In this document: piece by piece, positions 1 to 9,370 of the stretch
Position numbering within the stretch: the first letter of the stretch is position 1
Layout of the letters: every line of letters begins with the position of its first letter
NCBI GenBank assembly: GCA_964506225.1
Contig: CAZDKH010000008.1
Location: 1,762 to 65,761 of the forward strand
DNA: 64,000 nt
Source of the DNA: an uncultured Gammaproteobacteria bacterium
GTDB taxonomy: Bacteria; Patescibacteriota; Microgenomatia; UBA8517
Direction: 5' to 3'
Position numbers and translations under genes: made by a program
Notes under the pieces: generated by a model
What the model was told of the DNA's origin: nothing
Database searches by the model: none
What the model saw: only the letters and a program-made list of their open reading frames with translations

Positions 1-270
1 AAGCCCTGTATGCAAAAGTTCAATAAAAAGGCTGGTATCCAAAATTGCCTTTTCATCCCTTCCCCCAGCAGCTTTATATCCCAAAACCACCAAAGAACCC
101 CGAATTTTTTTGCCTTTTTGGGCAATCTCCGAAAAGTCTGAAATTAACTGTCCCGGAAGATCACCCACCTTTTTTGCTTCGCGGATTTTTCTTTCCAGAT
201 AACTCTTAAAGAGCTTGTTTGTTTTAACCAGATATTCTTCTAAGAATTGTTTTCCCGCTTCTCCATTCAT
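1..270 (-). CDS. trans-polyprenyl diphosphate synthase family, N-terminal ~90 aa only (gene runs off the left edge)
   Basis: Own translation from ATG at 270 (minus): MNGEAGKQFLEEYL...AQKGKKIRGSLVVLGYKAAGG...SLFIELLHTGL. The GKxIRG and ELLHT(a/g)L pattern precedes the first DDxxD box in this family. Absent from the ORF track because it is truncated. Confidence 0.55.
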   Translation of the reverse strand, partial: MNGEAGKQFLEEYLVKTNKLFKSYLERKIREAKKVGDLPGQLISDFSEIAQKGKKIRGSLVVLGYKAAGGRDEKAILDTSLFIELLHTGL

Positions 271-431
271 AAATAAAAAAACCCCTAATAGGGGTATCAC
301 TTTGGGGCAGATATTTCTGCCTTTTCAAACCAAAATTCTTTAAATTTAACTTTCATCTATAGGATGTTTTTTGTAGTATAATTCATCTTCAGAGTCAAAA
401 TCAATCTCACAGATGTTGTAAAATATCCCAA

Positions 432-1232
432 GTGAAACAGAAACTTACCCTTATCAAACTCGGCGGCAGTTTAATTACAGACAAGTCCAAACCTTTCACC
501 GCAAGGCAGGGCCAAATTCTTCGCTTCGCAAAAGAAATTAAAACCGCCCTCAAATCCTGCAAAGGAAAACTCCTTATCGCCCATGGCTCCGGCTCTTTTG
601 GCCATACACTTGCCTTAAGATACAAAACCCAGCTGGGAATAATCAACAGTAAAAGCATAAAAGGCTTTCCGCTTGTTGCTGATGCGGCGGTTAAAATCAA
701 CAGAATAGTTATTGAAAACTTTCTCAAAGTAGGCCTTCCCACCGTCTCTTTCTCTCCTTTAAGCTTTATCTTCACCAATAATCAAAAGGTCTCAAAACAT
801 TTAACTGATCAAATAAAAAATGCCTTGAATATTGGCCTGATACCAATAGTTTATGGTGATGCAGTTATGGACACTAAAATGGGCTTTTGCATTTACTCAG
901 GAGAAAAAACCCTAAATTTTTTGGCAAGTGTCTTGAAAAATGACTATAAAATCACAAAAATTATTTATGTAACAGATACAGACGGAGTTTATGATTCGCA
1001 AGGAAAAACAATATCAAAAATCACCCCTAATAATTTCCAGAAATTCAGAAAATCCATACTTGGCTCCCAGAAAACAGATGTTACCGGCGGCATGCTTCAT
1101 AAAGTAGAGGAAAGTCTAAAAACCGCAAAAAAACTAAAAATTCCAACCTATATAATAAACGGAAACAAAAAAGGAAACTTGAAAGAAGCAATTTTTGGTA
1201 AGCCAAGAGGAACAATAATAGAAATCACCTAG
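432..1232 (+). CDS. isopentenyl phosphate kinase (amino-acid-kinase fold)
   Basis: Motif series KLGGSLITDK, HGSGSFGH, YGD, IYSGE, DTDGVY, DVTGGM, INGN matches archaeal-type IPK layout. GTG start. Confidence 0.8.
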   Translation: MKQKLTLIKLGGSLITDKSKPFTARQGQILRFAKEIKTALKSCKGKLLIAHGSGSFGHTLALRYKTQLGIINSKSIKGFPLVADAAVKINRIVIENFLKVGLPTVSFSPLSFIFTNNQKVSKHLTDQIKNALNIGLIPIVYGDAVMDTKMGFCIYSGEKTLNFLASVLKNDYKITKIIYVTDTDGVYDSQGKTISKITPNNFQKFRKSILGSQKTDVTGGMLHKVEESLKTAKKLKIPTYIINGNKKGNLKEAIFGKPRGTIIEIT

Positions 1233-1289
1233 ACTACAAAACACCTGCTTCAGGAGTACCTCGACAAATAAAATTTCTTTCTAAAAAAA

Positions 1290-1338
1290 GAGAGAAGCCC
1301 AAACTCCAAGAAACTTTAGGCAGGTACTTCTCTCTTTT
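1290..1338. terminator. bidirectional intrinsic terminator between IPK (+) and pilin (-)
   Basis: GAGAGAAG (1290-1297) pairs with CTTCTCTC (1327-1334). It is flanked by an A7 run upstream and T4 downstream, so either strand reads a hairpin followed by a T-run. The loop is long (29 nt). Confidence 0.45.
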
Positions 1339-1340
1339 AA

Positions 1341-1859
1341 TTAACGCGTAATCTCAATAGTTGCTCCTAACTCTGCATCTGGTGCTCTTGCCGTTATTCT
1401 TCCAGTGTCACTATCCAAACAAATAGTATAACCCGTGTCAGCTGCCGAACCCGTTGAGGGGTCCTCTGGAACAGCTGCTATATAAGTAGAAACTATCAAA
1501 TCAGTATCGGCAGGACCAGCTCCCGATGCTTCCCTAGCGCCTGCGGCAGCCAAGTTAAATCCACTGGTTCCAATGGCAGTACCAGAGGCAGGATTACTGT
1601 CACAATCTCCCGCAGTTGGAAAATTGCCTTCACCATTTGCGTCAAAAGTGGTCGCCGGCAAATTCCCGTTATGTTGAGATGCAAACTGGTAAATTGCGCT
1701 TGTTATCTCATGTAAATGCGCTTGTCTTTCGGTGTTTCTGGCACTGGCAAACTGCCTTCCGGGGTTCACTGCCACTAAGACAATCGCCATAAGGATTGCA
1801 AGGATCCCTATAACAACCAAAAGCTCAATGAGAGTAAATCCTTTTTTCATAAGCTTCAT
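1341..1859 (-). CDS. type IV pilin (major pilin candidate)
   Basis: N-terminus MKLMKKGFTLIELLVVIGILAILMAIVL is a prepilin class III signal (G|FTLIE, Glu at +5). SD GGAGGTG lies 9 nt upstream of the ATG. Confidence 0.85.
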   Translation of the reverse strand: MKLMKKGFTLIELLVVIGILAILMAIVLVAVNPGRQFASARNTERQAHLHEITSAIYQFASQHNGNLPATTFDANGEGNFPTAGDCDSNPASGTAIGTSGFNLAAAGAREASGAGPADTDLIVSTYIAAVPEDPSTGSAADTGYTICLDSDTGRITARAPDAELGATIEITR

Positions 1860-1909
1860 AACTTTTTATCACCTCCATTCATCCTCCTATTATTTAAGTA
1901 TTCACATAT

Positions 1910-2137
1910 TTAGTTTGTTAAGTCAAGAGATTTAAAAATTTTATCCAAAAGATTGACATTTATTCTCTCATCAACGCCAAATTTTTCGTCAATCTGGCCA
2001 GCCGCAATTAAGCCTGAGAAAATCTCCTTAAGAGTAAAAATCACAATAACAGCTAAGGTGGTAAGTAAAACTCCCAGTATCAAAACAAATCTATCTATTT
2101 TCAGCCTATTAGTTTTGAAAAAAATTCTGGCTAACAT
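1910..2137 (-). CDS. small single-pass membrane protein in the pilus operon
   Basis: 75 aa with one hydrophobic helix (FVLILGVLLTTLAVIVIF). Overlaps the upstream PilO-like gene by 29 nt. No recognisable domain. Confidence 0.35.
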   Translation of the reverse strand: MLARIFFKTNRLKIDRFVLILGVLLTTLAVIVIFTLKEIFSGLIAAGQIDEKFGVDERINVNLLDKIFKSLDLTN

Positions 2138-2687
2138 ACAAAAACCCTCCGTACTTATAGATTACCAAACCGCCCTCTGGCTGGATTTTTACAGACGTTT
2201 CAATTGTGCGAATAAGATAAGGCAGCTTCCAAATCTCTTCTAAAACATTTCTAACCTCTTCAAATCTTCCGGTAAGCTCAAGTGCAAAAGGAATACCCAA
2301 ATAACCCAGCTTATCCTTAACCACTTCTCCACTAGCAAAAGAAAAGTCCGTCACAATACCCCTTTTTTTGAGATCATCAATTTTATTGATAAATGGCAAA
2401 AGGCCACTCTCATCAGGAAAAAGGGCCTCAATTTTTTTAATTTTGGGAATTGCCCTTTCTATTTCGGATTCGACAATTTTAAGGTCATCATAACCTTTAA
2501 TTTGTAAGCTCCTAATTTTTTGGATTTCCAAGGCTTTCTTGGGAATCTGACTAAGAACAAAAATAAGACCTGCCAAGACAAGAACGTTTCCCAAAAGCAC
2601 AATCGCAAGATAAATATAAAAGCGGTATTTTGAGAGATTGTTTTTCTTTTTCACATTTGGTCTTGGCAAATTAGTTTCATTTATCAT
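2109..2687 (-). CDS. PilO-like pilus assembly protein (tentative)
   Basis: N-terminal TM (YIYLAIVLLGNVLVLAGLIFVL) followed by a coiled-coil-like region. Sits directly downstream of pilMN, 1 nt after its stop. Confidence 0.45.
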   Translation of the reverse strand: MINETNLPRPNVKKKNNLSKYRFYIYLAIVLLGNVLVLAGLIFVLSQIPKKALEIQKIRSLQIKGYDDLKIVESEIERAIPKIKKIEALFPDESGLLPFINKIDDLKKRGIVTDFSFASGEVVKDKLGYLGIPFALELTGRFEEVRNVLEEIWKLPYLIRTIETSVKIQPEGGLVIYKYGGFLYVSQNFFQN

Positions 2688-2688
2688 A

Positions 2689-4113
2689 TCAATTTAATTT
2701 TAATTTCTGTGTTGGTGCTTTGGTAGCTGCCTGTCCATAGACCAAATTCAGGCTAAACTCCAAATCCGTTTCTGCCTCCAAAGAACTAACTGGAATTGAG
2801 ACCCTTGAAAAATCAGCATGGTCCTCTAGGGCTTTACGAAAATTAATCAAATCCTGTCTTGAAGCGGCCTTACCCTTTAGAGATATTTTACCTGCGTCAA
2901 GTTCCAAATTATAATCAGAAATTGTAACCCCAGAGGGCTTAAGACTATTTATAGTGTCTATAACATGGTTTGGAGAGACCCGAGCAGATAAAATCTTGTC
3001 TACTTTAGTAATAATCTCATTAATACTTTTGATTTGCCCTACAACCTCCTGCACATTCTTGTCTATCAAGTTTTCCCCTCCGGTTTCATTTGAAGCAAGG
3101 CTTGAGAGTTTTTGATTCATAACAAAAAGTGTTCCACTGGCCGCCCACAAACACCCAAGGGTTATTGCACTAGCAACAAGGGTAAGACTAATAAGTTCGG
3201 ATTTTGTTTTCTTGTCTTGGTAAACTTTTACCCAATCCGGAGGAAGAAGATTTATCGTTGTCTCGTCCCGCGGTTCTGCGGGGTCTTTTAGCTGGGCGGA
3301 AATTGGAATAAGATATTCTTGGAATTCCTCTGGGGTAACCCCAGAAATATTAGCTTTAATCCAAGAAACTTCTTTGCCAAGTTTTTTTTGCAAACTGGCC
3401 AAGTGTTCTTGGCTAAAGCCAAGTCCTCCAATTAGAATTTTTTCCACCTCTACTGTTTTATAATGCTTAACAATCTGCATAGCCGTCTGGGCAATATCGG
3501 TCCCGTCAGAGGTATTGACAACCGAGCTTCCCAGAATCTTATCTCCATGAGCAACTACCAAGGTAACCTCACCCGAGCTGCCATAAAGAATAAGCCTCCC
3601 TCTTGCGCCAGGCGCAATTCTGACCAAAGATAAGGAAGGAGTCTCAACGGCAAGGGGATAAAGATTTGCAAGTCCAACAGAATCAACAAACCCGGCCAAA
3701 ACTTCTCTGGGAATGGCAACAACCAAAACCTGATAATTTTCATCATCTGATGCAACTATTTTCCAATCCAAAACCATATCCTGACTTCCTGAGGGCAAAT
3801 AATCCTGTATCTGCCAGCGCACTGCCTCATCCAACTCTCCCATGTCAATCTTGGGTAAAACCATGTTTTTGGTGAATGTTGAAAATTCAGGAACAACAAT
3901 TCCTACAGACCTTTCGCCAATTCCAGCACTTCTCCACACCCCCCGAAGAAGCTCGGCAAGGGCTTTTTTATCTTTGACAGCATAGTTTGTAATAATTCCG
4001 GAAGGAAGCTTAAGAAAGGTACGTTTTTTGAGACTTTTTTTCTTTGAGTCAAGTTGGACTATCTGAATCCTTTCTGAAGAAAAAAAGACGGAAACAAAAG
4101 ACTTTTGAAACAT
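2689..4113 (-). CDS. pilM: type IV pilus assembly PilM-PilN fusion protein
   Basis: Actin-like ATPase N-terminal part (SVFFSSERIQIVQLD..., IVVPEFSTFTKNMVLP, VAIPREV). This is followed by INLLPPDW plus a TM helix, typical of PilN. The track ORF reaches 4164. ATG at 4113 (MFQKSF...) is preferred because it avoids overlap with the divergent gene. Confidence 0.7.
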   Translation of the reverse strand: MFQKSFVSVFFSSERIQIVQLDSKKKSLKKRTFLKLPSGIITNYAVKDKKALAELLRGVWRSAGIGERSVGIVVPEFSTFTKNMVLPKIDMGELDEAVRWQIQDYLPSGSQDMVLDWKIVASDDENYQVLVVAIPREVLAGFVDSVGLANLYPLAVETPSLSLVRIAPGARGRLILYGSSGEVTLVVAHGDKILGSSVVNTSDGTDIAQTAMQIVKHYKTVEVEKILIGGLGFSQEHLASLQKKLGKEVSWIKANISGVTPEEFQEYLIPISAQLKDPAEPRDETTINLLPPDWVKVYQDKKTKSELISLTLVASAITLGCLWAASGTLFVMNQKLSSLASNETGGENLIDKNVQEVVGQIKSINEIITKVDKILSARVSPNHVIDTINSLKPSGVTISDYNLELDAGKISLKGKAASRQDLINFRKALEDHADFSRVSIPVSSLEAETDLEFSLNLVYGQAATKAPTQKLKLN

Positions 4114-4162
4114 GGCAGGTATCAGACTAATTATTGCAAATGCTATACTAAATAGCAACGCC

Positions 4163-5494
4163 ATGACTGCCCGACGCGGACAAATTTTAATAAGCTTAAT
4201 TATCTCAACAGGAGTGTTTTTAATACTTGCTCATGCTATTTTTACTTTGGTTTTTTCAAGCTACGAAATCATTTCTTTTACCAGAGCAAGAATTACAGCC
4301 CTGCACTTTGCCCAAGAGAAAATAGAACTTATCCGTAACCTCCCATACGAGGATATTGGAACAGTTGGCGGAATCCCCCCGGGCATTATTAACCAAACTG
4401 AACTAAGAACTATAAATGGCTTACCCTACTTGGCCAGAATAAGCATCATCTACATAGACGACCCCTTCGATGGCACATCTCCAAATGACCTTCTTGCCAC
4501 TGATTACAAAAGAGTGCGAGTTGACGTTTCATGGGGCGGAATTGCCGCTTCAGAATCCAATCCGGTAACCATGATTTCAGATATCGCTCCGCGCGGAGTC
4601 GAAACAGCAACAGGGGGAGGAACTCTTTCCATTCTTGTTTTTAATGCAAACGGTGAGCCTCTAGAGGGTGCTAATGTTCAGATTGTCGCAAATTCTGTTG
4701 CCCCGCCGGTAAACCTTAACCTTAAAACAAACTCAAACGGCAGAGTAATTTTGCCAGGGGCGCCCATTTGTGACTCCTGTTATGAAATTACTGTGACAAG
4801 AGATGGCTACAGCACCGATAAAACCTACTCTTTTGCCGAAGTTGCCAATCCCATAAAACCCCACCAGACAGTTTTAGAAAGTCAACTCACAGAGATAAGT
4901 TTTGCCATTGACAAAGTATCAAACATTCAAGTAGCTACAACTTCTAGTCGAGATACAGCCTTCGCACCACTTCCTTATATTACCTTTAAATTAAGAGGTG
5001 AAAAAATAATCGGAACAGATACTGATGATTTACCTATCTATAAATACGATAGAGAACTTTCAACCAACGATCAGGGAATTTTGCAGATAGAGGGTCTTGA
5101 ATGGGATAGTTACACATTCTCCCTTCCGGCCGCAAGTTCTTACAATATTGCTGGCTCAAACCCTATTATCCCCTTCCAGCTTCTACCTAACTCAAGCTTA
5201 AATTTTTCCGTCTCTTTAGTTACAAAAACCCCTAACAACCTTCTTACTATATTCGTGGACCCAAATCAAAGTCCGATTGCTTCTGTTTCGGCAAAACTTT
5301 CTGATGATGCAGGTTTTGAAGCCACCAACTCCAGCGGTCTTTCAGGTAACCCTGATTTCGGCCAAGCCTTTTTTGCTAGTCTTTCCAAACGCCTTTATAC
5401 ATTGGTTGCAACTGCCAGCGGCTTTTTGAATTCAAATTTAAATATTGACGTGGATGGAACGACAGTCGAAAAAATTATACTCACACCACAGTAA
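4163..5494 (+). CDS. large pilin-like protein with a non-canonical prepilin signal and carboxypeptidase-regulatory-like beta-sandwich
   Basis: MTARRG|QILISLIISTGVFLIL is a short basic leader plus hydrophobic helix, but with Ser rather than Glu at +5. The internal segment LSILVFNANGEPLEGANVQIV...NSNGRVIL...ITVTRDGY is CarboxypepD_reg-like. The track ORF starts at 4112. Confidence 0.5.
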   Translation: MTARRGQILISLIISTGVFLILAHAIFTLVFSSYEIISFTRARITALHFAQEKIELIRNLPYEDIGTVGGIPPGIINQTELRTINGLPYLARISIIYIDDPFDGTSPNDLLATDYKRVRVDVSWGGIAASESNPVTMISDIAPRGVETATGGGTLSILVFNANGEPLEGANVQIVANSVAPPVNLNLKTNSNGRVILPGAPICDSCYEITVTRDGYSTDKTYSFAEVANPIKPHQTVLESQLTEISFAIDKVSNIQVATTSSRDTAFAPLPYITFKLRGEKIIGTDTDDLPIYKYDRELSTNDQGILQIEGLEWDSYTFSLPAASSYNIAGSNPIIPFQLLPNSSLNFSVSLVTKTPNNLLTIFVDPNQSPIASVSAKLSDDAGFEATNSSGLSGNPDFGQAFFASLSKRLYTLVATASGFLNSNLNIDVDGTTVEKIILTPQ

Positions 5495-6114
5495 TGCAAA
5501 ACATCAAACACACTAGTCAAGGTTTTACAATTGTGGAGCTGATGGTTGCCATGGTCATAATTTCAGCACTTTTATTTTCCATCGCGGTTCTCACCGATTC
5601 AGTTAGAAAAAACCAACAACAAACATGGGAAAACTACATTAAGGTAGACGAGGCCAATACGGCTGTTCGAACTTTCACAAGGGAACTAAGAACAGCCAGA
5701 GACGGTAATAACGGCGCCTATCTTCTAGCAGAAGCAGGAGACAATCAAATAAGTTTTTACTCAGATATCGACTTTGACGGCCAGACAGAAAAAGTGCGCT
5801 ATTATCTAAGCGGAACCGAGTTTTACAAAGGCACAATTGAACCCACTGGCTATCCTGTAACCTACCCTTCGGCAAATGAAATCGTCAAATTAATTAGCGC
5901 CAACATAAGAAACGGTTCACAACCCCCTTTTTACTATTTCAATAGTGACTGGCCAAAAGACACAATCAATAATCCCCTTATTCCAAAAAAGAGAATTTCA
6001 GATACCAGGCTTGTGCGCATTTATCTAAGATTAAATACTCAAGAAAACCAACCTGAAAAAGATTACGTTTTGGAAAACTACGTGCAAATAAGGATGTTAA
6101 AGGATAATCTATAA
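5494..6114 (+). CDS. minor (pseudo)pilin with prepilin N-terminal methylation motif
   Basis: HTSQG|FTIVELMVAMVIISALL is a canonical G|FTxxE signal. ATG overlaps the previous stop (TAATG). Confidence 0.75.
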   Translation: MQNIKHTSQGFTIVELMVAMVIISALLFSIAVLTDSVRKNQQQTWENYIKVDEANTAVRTFTRELRTARDGNNGAYLLAEAGDNQISFYSDIDFDGQTEKVRYYLSGTEFYKGTIEPTGYPVTYPSANEIVKLISANIRNGSQPPFYYFNSDWPKDTINNPLIPKKRISDTRLVRIYLRLNTQENQPEKDYVLENYVQIRMLKDNL

Positions 6115-6116
6115 GT

Positions 6117-7469
6117 ATGAGACAGGGTTCTATCACAACTCCCATGCTTATTGTGGTTGCGTCTTTTATAGTTGCTATTTACGCTTTGCTTTTGGTCCTC
6201 TCCCTCCAACTTGATTTTTCCCACCGCCAAACCGCCTCCGAAGAAGCTTTGGGTATTGCGGAGGCAGGAATAAACTATTATAAATGGCGACTGGCCCATG
6301 CTCCTGAGGACTTTGGGGGTAGCGGTGAATACGAGTACTTTGACCCCCAGGGAGCCTCGGTCGGTAAGTATAAATTAGAAATTACTCCACCCCAAAACGG
6401 CTCCTCAATTGTAACCATTCGCTCAACAGGCTGGACTAACCAGTTTCCAAATATTAAAAGATCCATCACCGCCCAGTACGGCATTCCCTCCTTTGCAAGG
6501 TACTCCTTTTTGCAACACTCCAGCAGCTGGTATGGAACCGGCATCACAGTTAACGGCAGAGTTCATTCTAATAACGGCATTAGGATGGATGGAACAAATA
6601 CCTCGATTGTCTCTTCAGCCAAAGAAACATATACCTGCGGAAGTGAAACCGGCTGCAACCCTCCCCAAACCCGCCCCGGAGTCTGGGGGTCGGGTGGCGA
6701 CAAGGCACTTTGGCAATTCCCTGTTCCCCAGATTGATTTTGCTTCTGTCTCATTTGATTTCTCTAAAATGCGAACATCTGCCCAAAACAATGGAGTTTAT
6801 CTTGGACCCTCTGGCCGCTCGGGTTATCATCTAACCTTCCTAAGTGATGGAACGGTTAGGGTAGATCGAGTTGATTCTGTAGGTTATTATTACGGTGTTG
6901 CAGCAGAGGATGGCTGCCAAAGGCGCTACCAAAGGATACTAACTCAAAGCTATATCGGAACCTATAATCTCTCTGATACTCCAATAATTTTTGCGGAGGA
7001 TCATTTGTGGGTAGAGGGAGTTGTCAAGGGAAGAACGAGTGTGGTGGCAGCGCGATTTCCAGTAGAATCAAACTTCATGAATATTTGGATACGCGGAAAT
7101 ATTACCTATGCCGCCTATGACCATACAAACTCTTTGGGTCTTATTGCCCAAAATGATATTTATTTTGTCCGCGACATTCCAAATTATTTTCAAATTGACG
7201 CGGCCCTGATGGCCCAGGGAGGAAAGATTATCAGACACGGATACTACAACTACGGCTCGTGTTCTTCCTCAAGCTACTCTGTACGCGAGAGACTGACAAT
7301 CAATGGAGCCTTAATTTCCTATAACAAATCTTACTGGAATTTTGGTTCTCCTCCTGTGTCCGGCTTTAGGGAAAGAGTCATCACATATGACGGAGATCTT
7401 TTATACGCCCCTCCGCCTTATTTTCCAACTACCGGAGAGTATGAATTTATATCCTGGAGTGAGGAATAG
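6117..7469 (+). CDS. PilX-like / pilus-associated large protein
   Basis: N-terminal anchor MRQGSITTPMLIVVASFIVAIYALLLVLS, 450 aa, co-operonic with the minor pilin 2 nt downstream. No enzymatic motif seen. Confidence 0.4.
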   Translation: MRQGSITTPMLIVVASFIVAIYALLLVLSLQLDFSHRQTASEEALGIAEAGINYYKWRLAHAPEDFGGSGEYEYFDPQGASVGKYKLEITPPQNGSSIVTIRSTGWTNQFPNIKRSITAQYGIPSFARYSFLQHSSSWYGTGITVNGRVHSNNGIRMDGTNTSIVSSAKETYTCGSETGCNPPQTRPGVWGSGGDKALWQFPVPQIDFASVSFDFSKMRTSAQNNGVYLGPSGRSGYHLTFLSDGTVRVDRVDSVGYYYGVAAEDGCQRRYQRILTQSYIGTYNLSDTPIIFAEDHLWVEGVVKGRTSVVAARFPVESNFMNIWIRGNITYAAYDHTNSLGLIAQNDIYFVRDIPNYFQIDAALMAQGGKIIRHGYYNYGSCSSSSYSVRERLTINGALISYNKSYWNFGSPPVSGFRERVITYDGDLLYAPPPYFPTTGEYEFISWSEE

Positions 7470-7473
7470 CAAA

Positions 7474-8148
7474 TCATTGCCGCGGAGTAGGCGAAGGAAG
7501 ACAAAGCTCATCCGTTATCACGGTTCTGCCTGTCTTTAGATTAGCCCCGCACTCCGGGGGAAGAATTCCAGTCGCCGGAGCCCGTGTGGGAGTTGGGCTG
7601 GGAGGATAAACACAGTAAGAAAGCCTCCAAAAAGGACAGTTATCCACTCCTCCACCTCCTGAACCTCCAGAACCTCCCCCTCCACCCGCTTTAGAAGTGG
7701 GGGTGGGAGTTATTCTAAAGTCAAAAAAATCTCCCACCGAGCTACCCCCTGTCTCTCCTTCATCAAAAACAGCATTGATAACCTCATCATTCGCATCAAA
7801 ATAATAAGCCACCCCATTAATGACAATCTTATAAAGACCTCCGTTAAGTGAATACTCGCCTTTTGCAAGTTTTGCCTTGATATAATCAAAAAGTGTACTT
7901 TTATCCTCAGCTCTCCAAACTTCACTGAATCCACCTCCAAAATCAACTACCCCACTCTTGCCGAATGTGATTGACATCCCCCCCTCTTTTTCCAAAGTAA
8001 TTGAATCAGTTGTAATTTCCGGTTTTGAAGCAACTTTTTCTGGTCTTCTGGCAAGCAATAAAACAAAAAGAATTACCACACCTACTAAAACTGCAACAAG
8101 GATTAATAATTTTGAACCTTGAGATTTAAAAGTCAAACCTTCCTTCAT
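7474..8148 (-). CDS. membrane-anchored hypothetical protein (Gly-rich and Pro/Thr-rich tail)
   Basis: TM LLILVAVLVGVVILFVLLL, GGGGGSGGSGGGG linker and a Cys-containing PSPTP tail. Start overlaps the pilC stop by 4 nt. Confidence 0.4.
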   Translation of the reverse strand: MKEGLTFKSQGSKLLILVAVLVGVVILFVLLLARRPEKVASKPEITTDSITLEKEGGMSITFGKSGVVDFGGGFSEVWRAEDKSTLFDYIKAKLAKGEYSLNGGLYKIVINGVAYYFDANDEVINAVFDEGETGGSSVGDFFDFRITPTPTSKAGGGGGSGGSGGGGVDNCPFWRLSYCVYPPSPTPTRAPATGILPPECGANLKTGRTVITDELCLPSPTPRQ

Positions 8149-9362
8149 CTTTGGATTGCCGACTGCAAACTCCCAACAATGCTATAAATCGGCGAAATCA
8201 TCATTACAACCATCACTCCAACAGCCACACCAACCACAAGCATCAAAATCGGTTCCAAAAGGGCTGTAAATCTTTTAAGACTGTATTCAACTTCTCTTTC
8301 ATAAAACTCCGCAACCTCCTGAAGAACTTCTTCCAGTGTTCCTGTCTTCTCGCCCGCCTTAACCGTTTGAATCATAATCATTGGAAAAAGATGCCTGTTT
8401 TTGACCATAACCTCCGATAAACTCTCCCCCTTTGCAATATCAAGACTAAAACCCTTTGCCTTCTTGCGAATTTGAGCTTCGCGCAGGCTATCTGCCGCAA
8501 CATTTAGAGTTTCCATAATTGGCACCCCACTTTTCAAAAGAGTGGCAATTGTTCTGGAAAAGCGCGCCAAGTCAATCTGCTTAATAACCTTACTGGCCAT
8601 TGGCAGGCGGGCAAATAAGTTAAAAATTATCCTTCTTGTGGTTTGGATATATAAAAAAAGGACTATTAGAAATCCAATTAGGCCAACACTCCCCAACACC
8701 AATGGCACGTGTGTTCCCATAAACTGACCTATATTTAAAATAAGCTTTGTGGCTGCCGGAATTTTAATGTCCATTTTTAAAAAAACCGCAGAGATTCTTG
8801 GCAGTACAAAAACCATCATCAAAAGCCCCACTCCAACCATGGCAATAACGATAACAGCGGGGTACATCAAAGACCCTTTTACTTTTTGTGAAAGATCATA
8901 ACTTGCCACAAGCTGTTTTGTGAGGTAGTCAAAGGTTTGTTCTAATGTCCCGGATTGCTCGCCAGCCTTTATCATTGTTAAAAATATTGGGTCAAAATCG
9001 TTTTTATATTGCCCTAAAACCGATGAAAAACTTTTACCCTTTCTCGTTTGGGAAGCAACATCCAAAAGAATTTTGCGCATTTTTTTATTAGTGGACTCCT
9101 CGCGTATAATCTCTGCTGCCTCGGGAATAGGCAGGCCGCTGCGAAGCATAATTCCCATAAAGCGACAAAAGGATGCTTTTTCCGAAAGCGAAATTCTGCC
9201 CGCAAAAAGGCTTCCGATATTCGTCTCTAAACTCTTGACAGTAAGTAATTGATAGCCTTCAGATTTAAGGGTTGCAGCAACATCTTCTCGACTTGCCGCC
9301 TGCATAGTATCTTCGATAATTTTTCCGTGAGCGTCTTTTACTTTATAAGTAAATAGTGGCAT
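8145..9362 (-). CDS. pilC: type IV pilus platform protein PilC (GspF family)
   Basis: 405 aa with duplicated T2SF-type repeats (GLPIPEAAEIIREES.. / GVPIMETLNVAADS..) and 3 TM segments. Lies directly downstream of pilB. Confidence 0.9.
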   Translation of the reverse strand: MPLFTYKVKDAHGKIIEDTMQAASREDVAATLKSEGYQLLTVKSLETNIGSLFAGRISLSEKASFCRFMGIMLRSGLPIPEAAEIIREESTNKKMRKILLDVASQTRKGKSFSSVLGQYKNDFDPIFLTMIKAGEQSGTLEQTFDYLTKQLVASYDLSQKVKGSLMYPAVIVIAMVGVGLLMMVFVLPRISAVFLKMDIKIPAATKLILNIGQFMGTHVPLVLGSVGLIGFLIVLFLYIQTTRRIIFNLFARLPMASKVIKQIDLARFSRTIATLLKSGVPIMETLNVAADSLREAQIRKKAKGFSLDIAKGESLSEVMVKNRHLFPMIMIQTVKAGEKTGTLEEVLQEVAEFYEREVEYSLKRFTALLEPILMLVVGVAVGVMVVMMISPIYSIVGSLQSAIQR

Positions 9363-9370
9363 TTTTTTAT

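Noticed and set aside
407-778. A 123-aa minus-strand ORF, and 29445-29792 (115 aa, minus).
   Set aside because: The first lies wholly inside the well-supported IPK gene on the opposite strand. The second overlaps the M23 peptidase gene and its leader, is Arg/Leu/Ser-rich and has no motif.
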